Source: Spirochaetota bacterium
GTDB lineage: Bacteria; Spirochaetota; UBA4802; UBA5550
NCBI GenBank assembly: GCA_016928865.1
Contig: JAFGJX010000070.1
Coordinates: 12,139 to 76,138 of the forward strand
Direction of reading: 5' to 3'
DNA length: 64,000 bases
The notes beneath the pieces were generated by a model, which saw only the letters and a program-made list of their open reading frames with translations, was not told the origin of the DNA and searched no databases. Shown piece by piece: positions 61,139 to 64,000 of the stretch. Position numbers and translations under genes: made by a program. Positions within the stretch are counted from its first letter, which is position 1, and every line of letters starts with the position of its first letter.

Positions 61139-63981
61139 ATCTGCGACTTACGTCCATACTTATATTCCTTCTCCTGATTCCAGGCGCATCAGCTCATCCA
61201 TCTCTAAAAAGCGATGTCAATTACTGGCCTGCCACCTGGATGACATTGTCCACCGTGCATTTTGAAATACATTACCAGGCCGGAAGGGAAGACCTCGCGC
61301 TCCGCACAGCGAGTATAGCAGAGAACGAATATCATCGGCTTGCAAACATCCTCCGTCATGAACCGGCATATACAATCCCGCTCATCATAGATCCCGCTTT
61401 AAATGCCATAAAAGGATGTCGTTTCGTGAGCGGGCGGCACTCTGCGCCTCATTCTTGTGAGAAAGCGTATCCTTACAATTCTATTGCGGTGCCATTCTCG
61501 GGTTCCTACCCGGAATATCGCCGGCGGTTGAATCACGCCCTGGCGCACTCGTTTCAGCAATCTATCATTGCGCAAAACAAAAAAATCGTTCCCACGCTGT
61601 CAACACTTCGTATGCCGCTCTGGCTCGCAGAAGGGATGGCCGAATATCTCGCAGCCGGCTTTGATCATCGTGCCGGGGCCCTGGTCCATGAGCTGTTGGC
61701 GCAGGGGCGTGTCACTGGCATCCTGGATATTTCCGCCAACCTCTCGATAGATGCCGCTCGTGCCCGTCTTCTCGGCCAGGCCTTTTTTTATTTTATCGAA
61801 AAACGCTATGGCCTCGATGCCTTCGGAGAAATGATACGTGATTTTCGCGACCTCGGTTTCATTGACCAGGTTATGAAGGTTGCGACAGGGAAGCACCTCA
61901 AAGAGCTGGATGATGAATGGAAGGCCTTTCTCCTTGAAAAGCTGCGTGACTGTTGCGGCGCTGAAGAACCGGTTGACGCTTCCACTCGTATTCTCAGCGA
62001 GGATCGCTCCCGGGACTACCTGATCCCAGCCGTGTCGCCGGACGGAAGCAGAATTGCCTACGTATTTACCAGAGAGGGGATCCCGATATTAAAAATAACC
62101 AGCCTGATAACAGACGGACATAGATTCATCACAAGGACATTTTCACCGAGGGATACTGCAGCGTGTAATGACATCGGAAGGATTATATCCTGCGCAACCA
62201 AAGTGTCATGGTCAAGGGATGGAAAACGCTTTCTCATCGCAGGAGGTATGCGCGGCCGGCAGATGCTTGTCTTCGCCGATACGTCAACCGGGCGCATCGT
62301 ATCCTCGCGGCCCCTTCCATTCATGGCGATACGGAATGCCTCTCTGTCGCATGACGCCGGATTCGCAGTCTTTACCGGGTTCGCCGGAGGCGCCGAAGAC
62401 ATTTATACGTATACATTCGCTGACGGCTCCCTCAGACGGTTGACCGACGATGCCTTTTCTGATACAAGCCCGAGCGTCATGCCGGACGGCACCGGCGTGA
62501 TTTTTTCATCGAACTGGAACGGCTCCGGCAACATCTATTCTGACAAATATTCACTTTTCCGAGTCGATCTTAAAAGCGGCGCAAGGATCCCTGTTGCGGG
62601 TATTGGCGGGAACTCCATCCAGCCGGACATTTCTCCGGACGGCAGGAAATTGCTCTATGTGAGCGATGCGGACGGCTTCCCGGCGGTATGGCTGTACGAT
62701 TTTGCCACCAGGGAAAAACGCCGGCTGACAAACAACCGGACAGGAGCCTTCCATCCATGCTGGCATCCTGATGGCAAGCGATTCGTCTGTTCAATAAACA
62801 GGGATAATACATATGAGCTGCGCGAATATACAATCGAACAGAGTGGAACCGGAAATACTGCGGCACGCGGCTGTACCTGTGACAGCGGTTTACGTGAGTC
62901 GTATGAGAACACGTATCGATACATATTCAGCACCTATCGAACGCGGATCATGCCGAATCATGGCAAGATCCGGGCAGATGTATCCGATGCCGGATCAACC
63001 GTTGCCCTAAAGCTGGAGATGGCGGACGTCCTCTCTCTCCACCGTTTTGTTTATACCGGTCAATACATGCGTGAATGCACGGAAAATGACCTTAGCGCTG
63101 ACCTGTCGTATTATTATTCCATCCAGGGCTGGCACCTGGGAGTAAGCCTTTTCAGGCAGGCGTCTCCTGTGAGTGCAGCCTCGCTCGCAGCCGGCAATCT
63201 CCTGGCAGGCGGCATCACACCGGGTGTACGCGCTTATGGCAGCGCATACTACGGCGGTGCTGCATCGGTGACGTTTCATTGTGGCCCCTTCTGGAAGTCT
63301 GCACTCAGAATAGAAGCGGGTGGATATCAAAATAGATTCAGGCAAATGGAATTACGTGACAATTACACTGCCGGCATGGGCAAGATCTCATTATCGGCTG
63401 AATATGACTCTTGCGTTCGGGGCGCAATGCTCCCTGTGAGGGGAACAACGGGACGCCTTCTTCTCGAACAGGGGCTCGGTTTCAACCGCAGCCGTACATG
63501 GACCGCTATCACCGGTGATCTTCGCTACCATGCCAATCCGGCCAGACAGGTGATTTTGACCTTCAGTGGCAGCGGCGGCACGATACTCGGCTTCCCGCCC
63601 GACGAAATCAGCTACCATATTGGCGGAAGTACGAGCCTCAGGGGCTTTAATCTGCTCGGTATATCAGGCAGGAACATGTTTTTCTTTAACGTCGAGCTCT
63701 GGCTGACGCCGGGCGCCTGGAGGACTTTCGGCATGCCGCAATCTGGCGCTGCCGGCAGTATCGGATTTGTCCTGTTTGCCGATGCCGGAGCCGCCTGGAC
63801 AGGCGCTTTTTCGTTCATTGACAAAAGAGGAAGATTTGACGACTTCAAGATTGATTTCGGATTAGGGATCAGAGCCGCAATATTCCCTGTTTTATTTTTA
63901 AAACTTGACTTTGCCTGGCCCTTTGATAAAAAGTCGCTCAAAGATAACAAAATTATTTTCAGCATTGGAATTGATTACTGA
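61135..63981 (+). CDS. Peptidase-MA-like / TolB(PD40) propeller / Omp85 barrel fusion
   Basis: HALAH...PLWLAEGMAEY, SPDG repeats, GGSTSLRGF, FADAG, KLDFAWP. Confidence 0.82.
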   Translation: MNLRLTSILIFLLLIPGASAHPSLKSDVNYWPATWMTLSTVHFEIHYQAGREDLALRTASIAENEYHRLANILRHEPAYTIPLIIDPALNAIKGCRFVSGRHSAPHSCEKAYPYNSIAVPFSGSYPEYRRRLNHALAHSFQQSIIAQNKKIVPTLSTLRMPLWLAEGMAEYLAAGFDHRAGALVHELLAQGRVTGILDISANLSIDAARARLLGQAFFYFIEKRYGLDAFGEMIRDFRDLGFIDQVMKVATGKHLKELDDEWKAFLLEKLRDCCGAEEPVDASTRILSEDRSRDYLIPAVSPDGSRIAYVFTREGIPILKITSLITDGHRFITRTFSPRDTAACNDIGRIISCATKVSWSRDGKRFLIAGGMRGRQMLVFADTSTGRIVSSRPLPFMAIRNASLSHDAGFAVFTGFAGGAEDIYTYTFADGSLRRLTDDAFSDTSPSVMPDGTGVIFSSNWNGSGNIYSDKYSLFRVDLKSGARIPVAGIGGNSIQPDISPDGRKLLYVSDADGFPAVWLYDFATREKRRLTNNRTGAFHPCWHPDGKRFVCSINRDNTYELREYTIEQSGTGNTAARGCTCDSGLRESYENTYRYIFSTYRTRIMPNHGKIRADVSDAGSTVALKLEMADVLSLHRFVYTGQYMRECTENDLSADLSYYYSIQGWHLGVSLFRQASPVSAASLAAGNLLAGGITPGVRAYGSAYYGGAASVTFHCGPFWKSALRIEAGGYQNRFRQMELRDNYTAGMGKISLSAEYDSCVRGAMLPVRGTTGRLLLEQGLGFNRSRTWTAITGDLRYHANPARQVILTFSGSGGTILGFPPDEISYHIGGSTSLRGFNLLGISGRNMFFFNVELWLTPGAWRTFGMPQSGAAGSIGFVLFADAGAAWTGAFSFIDKRGRFDDFKIDFGLGIRAAIFPVLFLKLDFAWPFDKKSLKDNKIIFSIGIDY

Positions 63982-64000
63982 TTACACGTGCGGGAACCTC

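Overview
Bacterial chromosomal window, probably from a Spirochaetota member. That assignment is inference from gene types: a DUF1554-like lipoprotein, a cyclase-FecR module, and tandem Deg proteases. No rRNA, tRNA, CRISPR array or transposase was recognised. About 2.2-20.3 kb is an unusual lipid/polyketide-like biosynthetic island. It holds FabF, two ACPs, a FabD-like acyltransferase lacking the malonyl-binding Arg, a DarB/FabH-like enzyme with a rewritten His/Asn dyad, and two crotonases (one split by a homopolymer frameshift). It also holds a thioesterase, a 3-hydroxyacyl-CoA dehydrogenase, three B12-binding radical SAM enzymes, a BtrH-like module and an O-methyltransferase, but no FabG/FabZ/FabI. 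The rest contains a DUF1998 helicase-exonuclease-dinB operon, asnS paired with an archaeal-type asparagine synthetase A, purB, recO, an adenylate cyclase-FecR-outer-membrane module, pdaD, UDG, a CysRS paralog with altered active site, eno, ftsB-like, a degenerate Sua5 and an Omp85 fusion. There are also small palindromic MITE-like repeats and a candidate sRNA. All family calls come from motif recognition by eye, not from database searches.
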